The position numbers and the translations under genes were made by a program. From the NCBI GenBank assembly GCA_040384805.1, contig JAZKIP010000008.1:36749-100748 (forward strand): a stretch of 64,000 bases of DNA. Reading direction: 5' to 3'. Shown one piece after another: positions 1-9,797 of the stretch. Source of the DNA: Patescibacteria group bacterium (GTDB taxonomy: Bacteria; Patescibacteriota; Minisyncoccia; Phycocordibacterales; UBA9973). The notes below the pieces were generated by a model that did no database searches, was not told the DNA's origin, and saw only the letters and a program-made list of their open reading frames with translations. The stretch's first letter is position 1, and the number at the start of each line of letters is the position of its first letter.

Positions 1-1186
1 AAGCTATACACAAGATAGTATATTAGGATATAAAAAAGCTATTGAGCTTGTAAGTCGTTCTGCAAATATTGGTAAGGGCACTGGAGGAGTTCATGAAATT
101 GCAACGAAACCAACATATAACCCATATATACTATTAGCAGAAATAAAGCTATTACAAGATGCTGGATTTTTGGATTTTAACTTTGAGAAATATCCTCATG
201 CTCCACGAGGTTATCATTTGAGTTTAGTTGGCGAAAGTGGGCTTGCAGTGAATGAGGATGCTTACTTTTTGAACAATCTCTTAACAATGACTCAATTGAC
301 AGGAATACTTGCGGGAAAAAATATACACTGGACTAAAGATATTCATAAAAAATCATTTGATATTTTTGAAAATAACAAACAAAAAGGAGAGCGTGTAGAA
401 ATAAAAGGAATGGGCTGTGATTCTATTGAGCAATTTGAAAAAGCAATCATTACTGCTCATCATGCTGGTATTGCTATTCAACTCTGCAATAAATACCTAC
501 GTGAAATAATACAATTTCCAGAAGTTCCAGCTACAGCTGAAGACTTCGAACAAATGCTCGTAAATACAAATTTGCTTACGAAATCGTTTGAATCCGACAA
601 TGAACGAGATATTGTTTATGAATGGATAAGGCTAAAAGGAAAAATTGTTGATGCAATCGGTCAACACAACGACTCTTTTGTCGACAGCGAATTTAGTGGG
701 TTTGTATTAGATAAAAATGGAAATTATATTGATACAAGTGAACATATAGATGTAGTGAGAAACAAGAAACTTATTGATCAAGAAAAATTGCAATCTCTCG
801 AATTTCAAGATCAAATCCATTTAAGTATCCAAGATCTTTATATATCTCAACAGATAAAATTTGTAAATGCCTTAATAAATACAAATAATATTTTTCTTAA
901 ACCGCCTCAGGCGAATGAAAATAGCCCCGTAAATGCAAAAGCTGTATTGGATACTCTAAAAAGAGAAAACTATAACGGTATAGTAAGTGGCGATTCTAAA
1001 CAGTCAATATTTGAAAATAAAGGAGAATTACGAGATGGGTATTACTATATTCAGGGAGCATCAGAAGAGATGATTAGTCACAAATCGCAAATTCTTCTCA
1101 ATCGCTTTAATAATGCTATGGAAAAATTGCTTAAAGGAGCAAGCCGCAATAAGATCAGAAATAGAACTAGCATACTTAACGCATAA
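1..1186 (+). CDS. hypothetical protein, 5' end outside window (AT-rich gene)
   Basis: The frame is open from position 2 through the TTG at 170 to the stop at 1186, so the true N-terminus lies upstream of the window. About 32% GC, against about 50% for the neighbours. No recognisable motif. Confidence 0.5.
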   Translation, partial: SYTQDSILGYKKAIELVSRSANIGKGTGGVHEIATKPTYNPYILLAEIKLLQDAGFLDFNFEKYPHAPRGYHLSLVGESGLAVNEDAYFLNNLLTMTQLTGILAGKNIHWTKDIHKKSFDIFENNKQKGERVEIKGMGCDSIEQFEKAIITAHHAGIAIQLCNKYLREIIQFPEVPATAEDFEQMLVNTNLLTKSFESDNERDIVYEWIRLKGKIVDAIGQHNDSFVDSEFSGFVLDKNGNYIDTSEHIDVVRNKKLIDQEKLQSLEFQDQIHLSIQDLYISQQIKFVNALINTNNIFLKPPQANENSPVNAKAVLDTLKRENYNGIVSGDSKQSIFENKGELRDGYYYIQGASEEMISHKSQILLNRFNNAMEKLLKGASRNKIRNRTSILNA

Positions 1187-1190
1187 TCTT

Positions 1191-1622
1191 ATGGACAGAA
1201 AATTTACACAATTTAAAAAAATGGAAAGTGAACTTGAAGAAATTCCACACGTAAAACCAGAAGTTCATTTTAAATTAAACGATATTTCAAAAAGGATTTC
1301 ATCGGGAAAAGAAATTGACAGAAAGGATATCGATTCTTTAGAACTTATATACAGCGAGTTGCAAGATTTAGAAAAAAGCTTAGTAAGTAACCTTGACGAT
1401 TATAGATCAAAAGGAATAGTGCAGAAAGAAGAATTTCTTATTACAATAAATTTTTTCTTAGTCGCAAAACAAAATGGCCCTGAAACTAGCCAGTTACTTA
1501 ATATATTTAAAAATAAAAACTTGAGCGTAGGCGATTGTACTCAGCTAATAGACTCAATTTCTATTCCGGAACATACAAAAATTGTTTTGTTGAATGTATA
1601 TTCAAAAATAATTAGCGAGTAG
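1191..1622 (+). CDS. hypothetical protein
   Basis: ATG at 1191 just after the upstream stop. The ORF track gives an alternative start at 1113 that overlaps the previous gene in another frame. AT-rich, Lys/Glu-rich, no motif. Confidence 0.4.
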   Translation: MDRKFTQFKKMESELEEIPHVKPEVHFKLNDISKRISSGKEIDRKDIDSLELIYSELQDLEKSLVSNLDDYRSKGIVQKEEFLITINFFLVAKQNGPETSQLLNIFKNKNLSVGDCTQLIDSISIPEHTKIVLLNVYSKIISE

Positions 1623-1838
1623 TTTAAAGAAGTTTTATTCGTGTGCACACGGGCAAGGATGCATATCTCGACTTGAGCTTTTCCCCTATGAGCATCCATG
1701 GCGAAGGAATCCATATACAACGAAGCACGTACGATACGAAGGGTGTACTGAATCTGCAAAATTTAGGACCCACCCCTATTTTAACCTTTAAAATAAACCA
1801 ATTTGCACTATTTCCCCAAATAAGGTACTATAGATTCC

Positions 1839-2072
1839 ATGACGATTATTGCTACGCTATTACCATATATACAGATTATTCTGTCTATTATTTTAATTGT
1901 GACAATTTTGCTCCAGCAATCAAGCGCAGGAATGGGGGGCGTTTTAGGCGGCGGTGACACAGGCGGCCTCTACCATACGCGCCGCGGATTCGAAAAGTTC
2001 CTCTTCGCCACAACGATTGTTGTCGGCATTCTCTTCGTTCTATCCGCGCTTACCGCAATACTCGTTAAATAA
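1839..2072 (+). CDS. secG: preprotein translocase subunit SecG
   Basis: 77 aa with two TM segments flanking the Gly-rich loop LLQQSSAGMGGVLGGGDTGGLYHTRRGFEKFL, typical of SecG. Confidence 0.8.
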   Translation: MTIIATLLPYIQIILSIILIVTILLQQSSAGMGGVLGGGDTGGLYHTRRGFEKFLFATTIVVGILFVLSALTAILVK

Positions 2073-2129
2073 AGCTATTGTGCTTAAAAACATATCAGAC
2101 TAACGGAGATTTCTTCTCACTATATTTGA

Positions 2130-3941
2130 GTGCATCATATGCATAAATTTCTCTCATTCATCAAAGAATTCCGCATCCCCAAGAAACAGGATCTGGGCGT
2201 TGCATTCGCATCATTCTCTCGAAAACAGGTCATGCTTCTTAGCATGTGCGTCATTGTCGCGTTCGTGACAATGGTCATACTTGCCGAGAAACTCAATACG
2301 TCATTCATGGTTGAAATTCCCGCTGACGGAGGGAGCATTACCGAAGGCATTGTCGGCGTGCCGACCCTGATCAATCCGGTTTTGGCTCTGTCTGACGCGG
2401 ACAAAGACATAACAGCCCTTGTCTACTCCGGACTGATGCGTAAAACGGGAGACGGCTCCTTCGTTCCTGATCTTGCGGAGTCGTTTACCGTATCTGATGA
2501 TGGAAAGATCTATACGTTCCGTCTTCGCGGCACTGCAGTCTTTCATGATGGAACGCCGGTCACTGCCGATGATGTCGCCCTTACGATACAGATGATCAAA
2601 GATCCTCTGATAAAAAGCCCGCGCAAGCCGAGCTGGGACGGAATAACGGTCGAGGCAAAAGATGCTCAGACGGTAGTATTCACGCTTATCAAGCCGTACA
2701 TCTCATTTATGGATGCTACGACTCTCGGCATACTTCCCTCTCATCTCTGGAGAAATGTCACGCCGCAGGAATTCGGCCTTTCCCCGCTGAACAATAAAGC
2801 TGTCGGATCGGGTCCGTATCGAATCGATTCTATTTCCCGAGGAGATGAAGGCATTCCAAAAACGTATGTCCTGAAGCGTTTCGACGATTTTACTCTTGGC
2901 CGTCCGCACATTAAGCGCATTACTATTGTTTCCTACGCTAACGAAAAGGACCTCGTTAAAGGCATCACGAGCCGCTCGGTTGATCAGGCAAGCAGCCTAA
3001 GTCCAGACAATGCTGCATTAGTCGCAGAGAAGGGTCGGTCGGTCATCCATACAGCCACTCTTCCACGCATGTTTGGTGTATTTTTCAACACTACCAAAAA
3101 CAAGGTATTTGCCGATCCGGCAGTTATCAAAGCATTTGATTACGCGCTCGACCGACAGGCTATCGTCGATGAAGTCTTGGAAGGATACGCGACAGTCATA
3201 CATAATCCGGTTCCCGAAGAACTAATGAGCGATGCGGGAGATATCCGGCCGCGCGCGGACCGCGAGGAAGCCTCGGCTGTTCTTGATAAAGCAGGCTGGA
3301 TTCTCGGATCCGATGGGATTCGGTCAAAAAGCGCTACAAAGACCGTTACCACGACCAAAAAAGTCGGCGGCAAAACAGTGACAGAGAAGTCCGAGGTTCC
3401 AACCGGCCCCGCGACAAGACTTGCCTTTACCTTAACGACGGGCGGCACGCCTGAACTTGAGAGCACCGCAAGTCTGATTCAAAGCCAGTTACATGCCATC
3501 GGCGCAGAAGTAGAAATCAAAAGGGTATCTGAAACAGGCCAACTCAATGCCCTCATAAGGAGCCGCGATTATGAAGCTCTTTTTTTCGGACAAATTGTCA
3601 ATCATGAGTCTGATTTATACTCTTTCTGGCATTCCTCGCAAAAGACCGATCCAGGGCTCAATATCGCTCTTTACAGCGACCCGAAAATCGACGCGATCCT
3701 CGAAAATGCTCAGAAAACCATGGATCCCGAAAAGCGAATCCTTGCATATAAGGATTTTATAACTGAATTCAATAAGAATAGCCCCGCATTGTTTATCTAC
3801 TCCCCCACCTATCTTTACGCAACATCGAAAAATCTTAATAACGTTTACCTTGATGCGCTTACCATCCCGTCGGATCGTTTCGCGTCAATCCATACATGGT
3901 ATAGAGAAAAAGATCATGTATGGAAAATTTTTACCAAATAA
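2130..3941 (+). CDS. ABC transporter substrate-binding protein, family 5 (oligopeptide/dipeptide-binding type)
   Basis: N-terminal TM/signal anchor. Family-5 SBP signature LVYSGL...DGSFVPDLAESFTVSDDGKIYTFRLRGTAVFHDGTPVTADDV. 603 aa. Confidence 0.8.
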   Translation: MHHMHKFLSFIKEFRIPKKQDLGVAFASFSRKQVMLLSMCVIVAFVTMVILAEKLNTSFMVEIPADGGSITEGIVGVPTLINPVLALSDADKDITALVYSGLMRKTGDGSFVPDLAESFTVSDDGKIYTFRLRGTAVFHDGTPVTADDVALTIQMIKDPLIKSPRKPSWDGITVEAKDAQTVVFTLIKPYISFMDATTLGILPSHLWRNVTPQEFGLSPLNNKAVGSGPYRIDSISRGDEGIPKTYVLKRFDDFTLGRPHIKRITIVSYANEKDLVKGITSRSVDQASSLSPDNAALVAEKGRSVIHTATLPRMFGVFFNTTKNKVFADPAVIKAFDYALDRQAIVDEVLEGYATVIHNPVPEELMSDAGDIRPRADREEASAVLDKAGWILGSDGIRSKSATKTVTTTKKVGGKTVTEKSEVPTGPATRLAFTLTTGGTPELESTASLIQSQLHAIGAEVEIKRVSETGQLNALIRSRDYEALFFGQIVNHESDLYSFWHSSQKTDPGLNIALYSDPKIDAILENAQKTMDPEKRILAYKDFITEFNKNSPALFIYSPTYLYATSKNLNNVYLDALTIPSDRFASIHTWYREKDHVWKIFTK

Positions 3942-3956
3942 GAACGATATATCATT

Positions 3957-5930
3957 ATGAACGAAACATCCCCAAAATCACCCGGTTCTCAAAGGCCCCG
4001 ACAAAATCGCCATTTTCACAACCGCAAGCCGGGACATCCGCGCGCGGGAGAGAAACCGACACAGTCCCACGCTCCTGCCCGTTCCGGCAATTCTCCCGTC
4101 AGAAATCCCGCACCGCAATCAAAGCCGAGCCGCGGAAGCTATCAATACGGCAACACAAAAGGCGGTCGGCGGCCGCGCGCGCAGGCGCCGATGCCGCCTA
4201 AGGATAATCCCGTCTCTACAAGGAGAAAAACATCGACCATTCCCGCCGTGGAATCAGGAGTTATCCGCATTATTCCCCTCGGAGGAGTCGAGGAGATCGG
4301 CAAGAACATGACAGCGATCGAAATCGGCAACGATATCATTGTCATCGACGCCGGCATGCAATTCAAGACCGAAGATACGCCCGGCATCGACTATATCATC
4401 CCCAACACGACATATCTCGAAGAGCGCAAGGATAAGATCCGCGGCATGTTCGTGACTCACGGGCACCTCGATCATATCGGAGGCATTCCGCTTGTCATGA
4501 GTCGCATCGGCAATCCGCCGCTTTATTCCCGAAACTTGTCCATCCTTCTGATGAAAAAGCGTCAGGAAGAATTCCCTCATTTGCCGCCTCTTAACGTACA
4601 AGTTGTCGAGAAAGATTCAGTCGTGTACGCGGGAGACATGCGCATTAGGTTCTTCGGAGTAACCCACACCGTTCCCGACTCGATGGGCATCATTATCGAG
4701 ACACCCTACGGATCAATCGTCACCCCGGGAGACTACAAGCTTGACCAGGTTGACGGAAAAGTGTCCGACGAAGAGGAAAAAGAATATAAATTCTTCGACA
4801 AAGAAAAAGTTCTTCTTCTCTTGACTGATTCGACGAATGTCGAGAACGAAGGGTTTTCCGTTCCCGAAATACGAGTTCATGAAGGCCTTGAAAAGCTCAT
4901 CAAGCAAGGAACCGGGCGCATTATCATCGCCGCTTTCGCCTCTCATATCACCCGCCTTGTAAAGATCGTGGAGATCGCCGAATCTCTCGGCAAGAAAATC
5001 GTCCTTGAAGGCCGTTCACTTAAAACCAACATGGAAGTCTGCGAACAGGCAGGACTCTTCAAGCCGAAAAAAGGAACAATCATCCCCGTCGAAGACATCG
5101 ACAGTTTCCCGCCGAATAAGGTCATCGTCCTGATGACTGGCGCTCAGGGCGAGGAATTTGCCGCGCTCAACCGCGCTGCCAACAAGACGCACAAGAAATT
5201 CACTATCAAGTCGGGAGATACGATCATTTTGTCGGCATCAATCGTCCCCGGGAATGAAATATCCGTCCAGCATCTCAAGGACAATTTGGCCCGCCACGGA
5301 GTGAAAATTATCAGCTACCGTACGAGTGAGGAAACTATTCACGCGACCGGCCACGGCAACCAGGAAGATATCAAGTGGCTGCATCGCAAAACGCATCCGA
5401 AATTCTTTATCCCGATCCACGGATGGCACTCGATGCTGGTGCGCCACAAGGAACTAGCCATGTCAATCGGCATGTCCGAAGAAAATATCATCGTTCCCGA
5501 TAACGGCTCCCTCATAGAGATAACGGACAATGGTGAAAAGATCGGCGTCCGCAAGGAAAAGGCACCATCGGGACCGATGATGGTCGATGGGTTCTCCGTC
5601 GGCGACGAGCAGGAAGTCGTCATTCGGGACCGACAGATGCTTGCCCAAGACGGAATGTTTGTCCTGATTGCCACCATGGATTCGGCAACGGGCAAGCTCC
5701 GCAAGTCTCCCGATATCATCTCCCGCGGATTTATATATCTGAAGGAAAATCAGGAACTGCTCCACCAGGTGCGCCTCATCATCAAGAAAAGCATCGAGGA
5801 CGGCGCGCGCGGCATGCACCCCGTCAATTTCGATACGATAAAGACAACGCTTGGAGACAATGTTTCCAAATTTCTGTTCCAGAAAACAGCCAAGAGGCCG
5901 CTTGTTATCCCTGTCTTATTGAGCATCTAA
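3957..5930 (+). CDS. rnj: ribonuclease J (metallo-beta-lactamase/beta-CASP RNase) with Arg/Pro-rich N-terminal extension
   Basis: RIIPLGGVEEIGKNM, IDAGMQF, GIDYIIPNTTYL, FVTHGHLDHIGGIP, followed by beta-CASP and C-terminal domains. An in-frame basic extension of about 100 aa precedes the catalytic core. An alternative ATG at 4191 would give only about a 24-aa extension. Confidence 0.9.
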   Translation: MNETSPKSPGSQRPRQNRHFHNRKPGHPRAGEKPTQSHAPARSGNSPVRNPAPQSKPSRGSYQYGNTKGGRRPRAQAPMPPKDNPVSTRRKTSTIPAVESGVIRIIPLGGVEEIGKNMTAIEIGNDIIVIDAGMQFKTEDTPGIDYIIPNTTYLEERKDKIRGMFVTHGHLDHIGGIPLVMSRIGNPPLYSRNLSILLMKKRQEEFPHLPPLNVQVVEKDSVVYAGDMRIRFFGVTHTVPDSMGIIIETPYGSIVTPGDYKLDQVDGKVSDEEEKEYKFFDKEKVLLLLTDSTNVENEGFSVPEIRVHEGLEKLIKQGTGRIIIAAFASHITRLVKIVEIAESLGKKIVLEGRSLKTNMEVCEQAGLFKPKKGTIIPVEDIDSFPPNKVIVLMTGAQGEEFAALNRAANKTHKKFTIKSGDTIILSASIVPGNEISVQHLKDNLARHGVKIISYRTSEETIHATGHGNQEDIKWLHRKTHPKFFIPIHGWHSMLVRHKELAMSIGMSEENIIVPDNGSLIEITDNGEKIGVRKEKAPSGPMMVDGFSVGDEQEVVIRDRQMLAQDGMFVLIATMDSATGKLRKSPDIISRGFIYLKENQELLHQVRLIIKKSIEDGARGMHPVNFDTIKTTLGDNVSKFLFQKTAKRPLVIPVLLSI

Positions 5931-5942
5931 GCGATCACGCCA

Positions 5943-7118
5943 ATGAACAAGATGCGATCCATGTATGTCCTGTCGTTCCTTTTCTCCCTCCACATATCGC
6001 TTTCAGCATATGTTAATTCGACCTTCCTTGCAGGCATAATCCCCGCTTTCTATGTCGGCATCCTCTACACGATCGCCTCTCTTGCAACGCTTGGGATGCT
6101 TTCCCAGAGCGCCAACATCCTCAAGCATCTGGGCAATCGAAATCTTGTTCTGATTCTTATCCTCTGCAATATGATCGGCCTTGCCGGGCTCATTCTTTCG
6201 GATGACCCCTATATTCTCGGGCTTTCCTTTGTCGCCTTCACGGTGACAAATACGCTCGTCTTTTTCTGTATCGACATATTCATCGAGCATTTTGGCAATC
6301 CTCGGACGATCGGGAAGACGCGCGGCCTTTATCTGACGATTCTCAATATCGCATGGATGATATCGCCCCTCATTACGGCCATCCTTATCAAGCGCGAAGG
6401 CGGTTATCAGGCGATCTATCTTATCGCGCTTGTCACGACGGCGGTAGCAGGACTCGGACTTCTCTTTTCCGTCAGGAAATTCACCGATAGCGTCTATCAA
6501 AAAACGCCGTTTCTGGCCACATATCGATACTTGAAAACCAATCGCCACATGCTTGCCATTACGGTTATTAATTTTATATTGCAATTCTTTTACGCATGGA
6601 TGGTCGTCTATACGCCGCTTTATCTTTTTGAGCATATGGGATTCGGCTGGGATACGATCGGCGTTATATTCACAATCATGCTTGCGCCATTCGTGATTTT
6701 CGGCCTGCCTGTCGGCATTTTAATTGATAGATACCATGTCTCGAAGAAAGCGCTTCTTTATGCGGGATTTCTCATTATGGCTCTCTCTACGATGACGATG
6801 GCCTATATCGGGAATGGGAGCATCGCTCTCTGGGCGCTCGTCCTCTTCCTGACGCGCATGGGTGCAAGCATTATCGAAACAACATCGGAGATCTATTTCT
6901 TCACTCATGTAGAAGAAAAGGATGCGTATCTTTTGGGAATTTATCGCGACATGAATCCGATCGCGTATGTTATCGCTCCTCTCATCGCGATCCTTGTCTT
7001 TGAACTATTTCCTTTCAAATACTTGTTCCTCGTTCTCGGAATAATAGTCATGGTCGGATTTTATTATGCCGCTCGCTTAAAAGAAACTCATGGACTCATA
7101 TCCGATGCGAATCAATAA
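5943..7118 (+). CDS. MFS-type membrane transporter
   Basis: 391 aa with about 12 predicted hydrophobic helices and an MFS-like 6+6 arrangement separated by a basic loop (KREGGYQ, RKFTDS). Confidence 0.6.
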   Translation: MNKMRSMYVLSFLFSLHISLSAYVNSTFLAGIIPAFYVGILYTIASLATLGMLSQSANILKHLGNRNLVLILILCNMIGLAGLILSDDPYILGLSFVAFTVTNTLVFFCIDIFIEHFGNPRTIGKTRGLYLTILNIAWMISPLITAILIKREGGYQAIYLIALVTTAVAGLGLLFSVRKFTDSVYQKTPFLATYRYLKTNRHMLAITVINFILQFFYAWMVVYTPLYLFEHMGFGWDTIGVIFTIMLAPFVIFGLPVGILIDRYHVSKKALLYAGFLIMALSTMTMAYIGNGSIALWALVLFLTRMGASIIETTSEIYFFTHVEEKDAYLLGIYRDMNPIAYVIAPLIAILVFELFPFKYLFLVLGIIVMVGFYYAARLKETHGLISDANQ

Positions 7119-7791
7119 ATACCTCGCCCTTCATAATCATGCGACGCGGACAGGCGCCGATGAACTCATCAAGAAAGGACTCGTAACAATCAACGGTCGT
7201 AAGGCAGTTCTCGGCGATAAAGTGGAAGAAAAGGACAAGGTTCTTGTGCGTATGAAGGGAGATGAAAAAGAATATGTCTATTATGCTTACAACAAACCGG
7301 TCGGCATCTCTACGAACCCTGACAAGGGGAGCAAAGATATTCTCTCGACAACCCGATTCCCGACACGGGTATTCCCCATTGGGCGCTTGGATAAGGACTC
7401 TCATGGATTGATTCTCATGACAAATGACGGTCGCGTCACCGACAGGCTCCTCTCCCCAAAATATGTCCATGAAAAGGAGTATGTCGTCAAAGTCACTCCA
7501 GCTTTCCCTGATACATTTATTGTGAAGATGGGAAATGGCGTTCACTTCGACGGATTGGTCAGCAGAAAATGCACAGTCACAAGAAAAAACAAGGACACCT
7601 TCCATATCATATTGACTGAAGGAAAAAAGCGCCAGATCAGACGCATGAGCGAAGCCCTTCATCATACGGTTGTCGATCTTAAGCGTATCCGGATCATGAA
7701 CATAGAACTCGGGAGTACTCCTCTCGGCGAATACCGGGAAATAAAAGGCTCGGAATTAAAAGAGTTTCTTTCGTCGCTCGCATTATTATAA
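7105..7791 (+). CDS. pseudouridine synthase, RsuA/RluB family (S4 domain + catalytic domain)
   Basis: MRINKYLA S4-type N-terminus and catalytic motif GRLDKDSHGLILMTNDG. The ATG at 7105 overlaps the upstream stop. The ORF track gave 7090. Confidence 0.85.
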   Translation: MRINKYLALHNHATRTGADELIKKGLVTINGRKAVLGDKVEEKDKVLVRMKGDEKEYVYYAYNKPVGISTNPDKGSKDILSTTRFPTRVFPIGRLDKDSHGLILMTNDGRVTDRLLSPKYVHEKEYVVKVTPAFPDTFIVKMGNGVHFDGLVSRKCTVTRKNKDTFHIILTEGKKRQIRRMSEALHHTVVDLKRIRIMNIELGSTPLGEYREIKGSELKEFLSSLALL

Positions 7792-7817
7792 AAACCATGC
7801 ATTCTTGCATGGTTTTT
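7790..7817. terminator. bidirectional rho-independent terminator hairpin
   Basis: aaaaccatgca-ttct-tgcatggttttt: an 11-bp stem flanked by an A-run and a T-run. It sits between convergent genes ending at 7791 (+) and 7837 (-). Confidence 0.6.
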
Positions 7818-7836
7818 ATAATAAACGTATGAGAAA

Positions 7837-9681
7837 TTAATACCGATCCGGATTGGTAGCAAACGGAGTAGTTGTCTGCCGACCGCTGCATGGCTGGCCG
7901 GTTGTCGTGCTATACCCTTGAGTCGAACTGCAGCCGGGCAACAAAGGTACCGATGGCGTTCCGCACGGCACTCCCGTTATCGGACTGTAACCGACGGATG
8001 ATGTGCATCCTGCAGGCAAGCCGGAATTCCCTCCGCTGCATGGCTGGCCAGTGGTTACGCTATATCCCATCGATGACGTACAGCCCGGCGGCAAAGGATT
8101 TGCTGGTGCCGTACATGGCATCCCTGTTGTCGAGCTATAGCCAATGGATGATGTGCATCCCGTAGGATAACCTGAACCATCTTTCGTGATGGTAAAAGCG
8201 CTATCTGATCTGTCTCCTTGAGCTCCAACCAAGTTTATTGTTCCCATAGATACTCGAAATAATCGGCCATAGACAGGGAATGTCGGGACAGTAAAAGTCT
8301 CCGAACCGTCATTTATAGTCGCACCGAGATCAAAGTTAGCTGACTGACTCCAATCGTTTATGCCAATACCTCTTTCAATTTGAATTGAAACTCTTTCATT
8401 CGCCGGAATATTACAACTTTTCCATTTTACCTCTATCTTCTGTCCAGCGACAAATGTCTCGCCCCCGTTCGGAGAAAGGACAGTTATGCTTGGCGTAGCC
8501 AGACGTCCGCAGACAGAAGGTAAAGACGAAGCCAAAGATCGTATCGTAAATGGCGCATCGCTGAAATCAACAATGTTTTCTGTACCATCATTGCTTTTCC
8601 ATTGTGCCATAGCATAGTATTGGCCGCTTGGAAGCGAAGAATTTCCGAAAAAGCCGCTTGAATCTATGGCCGCATTCGGCGCTGAATGATTAGAACTACC
8701 AAAATAAAGATTCGCGCCATAATTATTCGCATTCGGATATTGGACGATATATTCATGAAGAGTTCCTGTTTTCTGCGAAGTAACGGTAGACTTAAAGTTA
8801 ATCCATGGATTAAGTCCGATAGGATCGGGATTAACCACAAAGGTCTCCCCGCCGTTCGGAGAAATTACCTTGACGGAAGCTGCTGCTTTCCCTTCAACGC
8901 ATTTATCAGACACAACGGTATTCGTGTAATTGCTTTGCTCGTATCCCGCCGCCCTTTTCCATGTCGTAATTGTTTCGCTCATGTACGGCTCCACGCGTGC
9001 CGTGTTCGGATACCATTTCCTGCAGTATGTAAGCTTGTCTATATTTGCTCCCGATACGCCGTCCGGGTCGCTTTGCCATTGGCCGGTTGCAACATCCATA
9101 TGCTGATTCACCTTTCCTCTCCAATAGGCAATACGAGGAGTCAGATCCTGCGGCACGGGAGTTACTGTTTGAATAACGGGAACAATGACTTTGTCAGTAG
9201 TCTCTCTGCCGTTTCTGTCCCAGCACTGGATGCTGAGTTCTAATTGATTTACATACTGAATAGTACTGAGATCACCATTGTATGCAAGCGCTGCCATCAG
9301 ATCTTTTGACCCTAATACCGCATCCGTGCCGTCACCCCATAATCCCGAATTGCCGGGCCACAGCGGCGCAAAATTGCCTGAACCGCTGCAATATGCCACG
9401 CCGGAAGAAGTCCATGAAGCGTTTATTTTTGTTCTAAAGAGAACTGGCGAAGGGTTATCGGAAGCATTGACCTTTAAATCGACTGATAATCGTGAAGCGG
9501 GAATCTGGACTGTTGATAATCCATCTTTAACACCTCCCACAACAGTAGGACATTTTTGCCCTGTCGTATCGCTATAGACAGTTCCCTTATCACATCCGCT
9601 ATCGGTGACAGCAGCATGGGCAGGAAGAGTTATAGCAAGTAAACTGTACACGAGAACCCCTAAGAGCAGCTTTTTAATCAT
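7837..9681 (-). CDS. secreted surface protein with two SPNGGETF (Kre9/KNH-like) domains and five Cys-bracketed GC..GYS.TTG.PC repeats
   Basis: Signal peptide MIKKLLLGVLVYSLLAITLPAHA. ISPNGGETFVVNPDP and LSPNGGETFVAGQKIEVKWKS motifs. Four tandem C-terminal repeats GCTSS.GYS.TTG.PC plus one copy right after the signal peptide. The repeats are also visible as DNA tandem repeats at 7872-8170. Confidence 0.7.
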   Translation of the reverse strand: MIKKLLLGVLVYSLLAITLPAHAAVTDSGCDKGTVYSDTTGQKCPTVVGGVKDGLSTVQIPASRLSVDLKVNASDNPSPVLFRTKINASWTSSGVAYCSGSGNFAPLWPGNSGLWGDGTDAVLGSKDLMAALAYNGDLSTIQYVNQLELSIQCWDRNGRETTDKVIVPVIQTVTPVPQDLTPRIAYWRGKVNQHMDVATGQWQSDPDGVSGANIDKLTYCRKWYPNTARVEPYMSETITTWKRAAGYEQSNYTNTVVSDKCVEGKAAASVKVISPNGGETFVVNPDPIGLNPWINFKSTVTSQKTGTLHEYIVQYPNANNYGANLYFGSSNHSAPNAAIDSSGFFGNSSLPSGQYYAMAQWKSNDGTENIVDFSDAPFTIRSLASSLPSVCGRLATPSITVLSPNGGETFVAGQKIEVKWKSCNIPANERVSIQIERGIGINDWSQSANFDLGATINDGSETFTVPTFPVYGRLFRVSMGTINLVGAQGDRSDSAFTITKDGSGYPTGCTSSIGYSSTTGMPCTAPANPLPPGCTSSMGYSVTTGQPCSGGNSGLPAGCTSSVGYSPITGVPCGTPSVPLLPGCSSTQGYSTTTGQPCSGRQTTTPFATNPDRY

Positions 9682-9752
9682 ATGTATTATATGGTAATGA
9701 CATTCCCTTTATTAATATATCTAAATACTAACATTCGTGATTGTTATGTCAA

Positions 9753-9792
9753 TAAAAAATCCCCTCCGACACAAGGTCGGAGGGGATTTTTT
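9753..9792 (-). terminator. rho-independent terminator downstream of rpsR
   Basis: cccctccgac-acaa-ggtcggagggg with A/T runs on both sides, immediately 3' of rpsR on the minus strand. Confidence 0.65.
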
Positions 9793-9797
9793 GCCTG

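Noticed and set aside
1113-1190. The 74-bp overlap between ORF 170-1186 and ORF 1113-1622 could indicate a frameshifted single gene
   Set aside because: The second frame has a stop immediately before 1113, and a clean ATG at 1191 follows the first gene's stop. Two separate genes is the simpler reading, though a fusion cannot be excluded without homologs.
1623-1838. 215-nt non-coding stretch upstream of secG with local stem potential, considered as a possible small RNA or tRNA
   Set aside because: There is no cloverleaf and no conserved tRNA boxes (no GTTCRANYC). The overlapping ORFs 1541-1759 and 1643-1957 have no protein-like features. It is treated as a promoter/spacer region.
3920-4201. 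Alternative-frame 93-aa ORF overlapping the RNase J start region
   Set aside because: It lies within the GC-rich region where all frames stay open by chance, and it has no motifs. The RNase J frame is the one continuous with conserved domains.
7872-8170. Tandem DNA repeats that could be mistaken for a CRISPR or VNTR array
   Set aside because: They lie inside a long ORF and encode the repeated GC..GYS.TTG.PC protein motif. There are no spacer/repeat alternations or cas genes.
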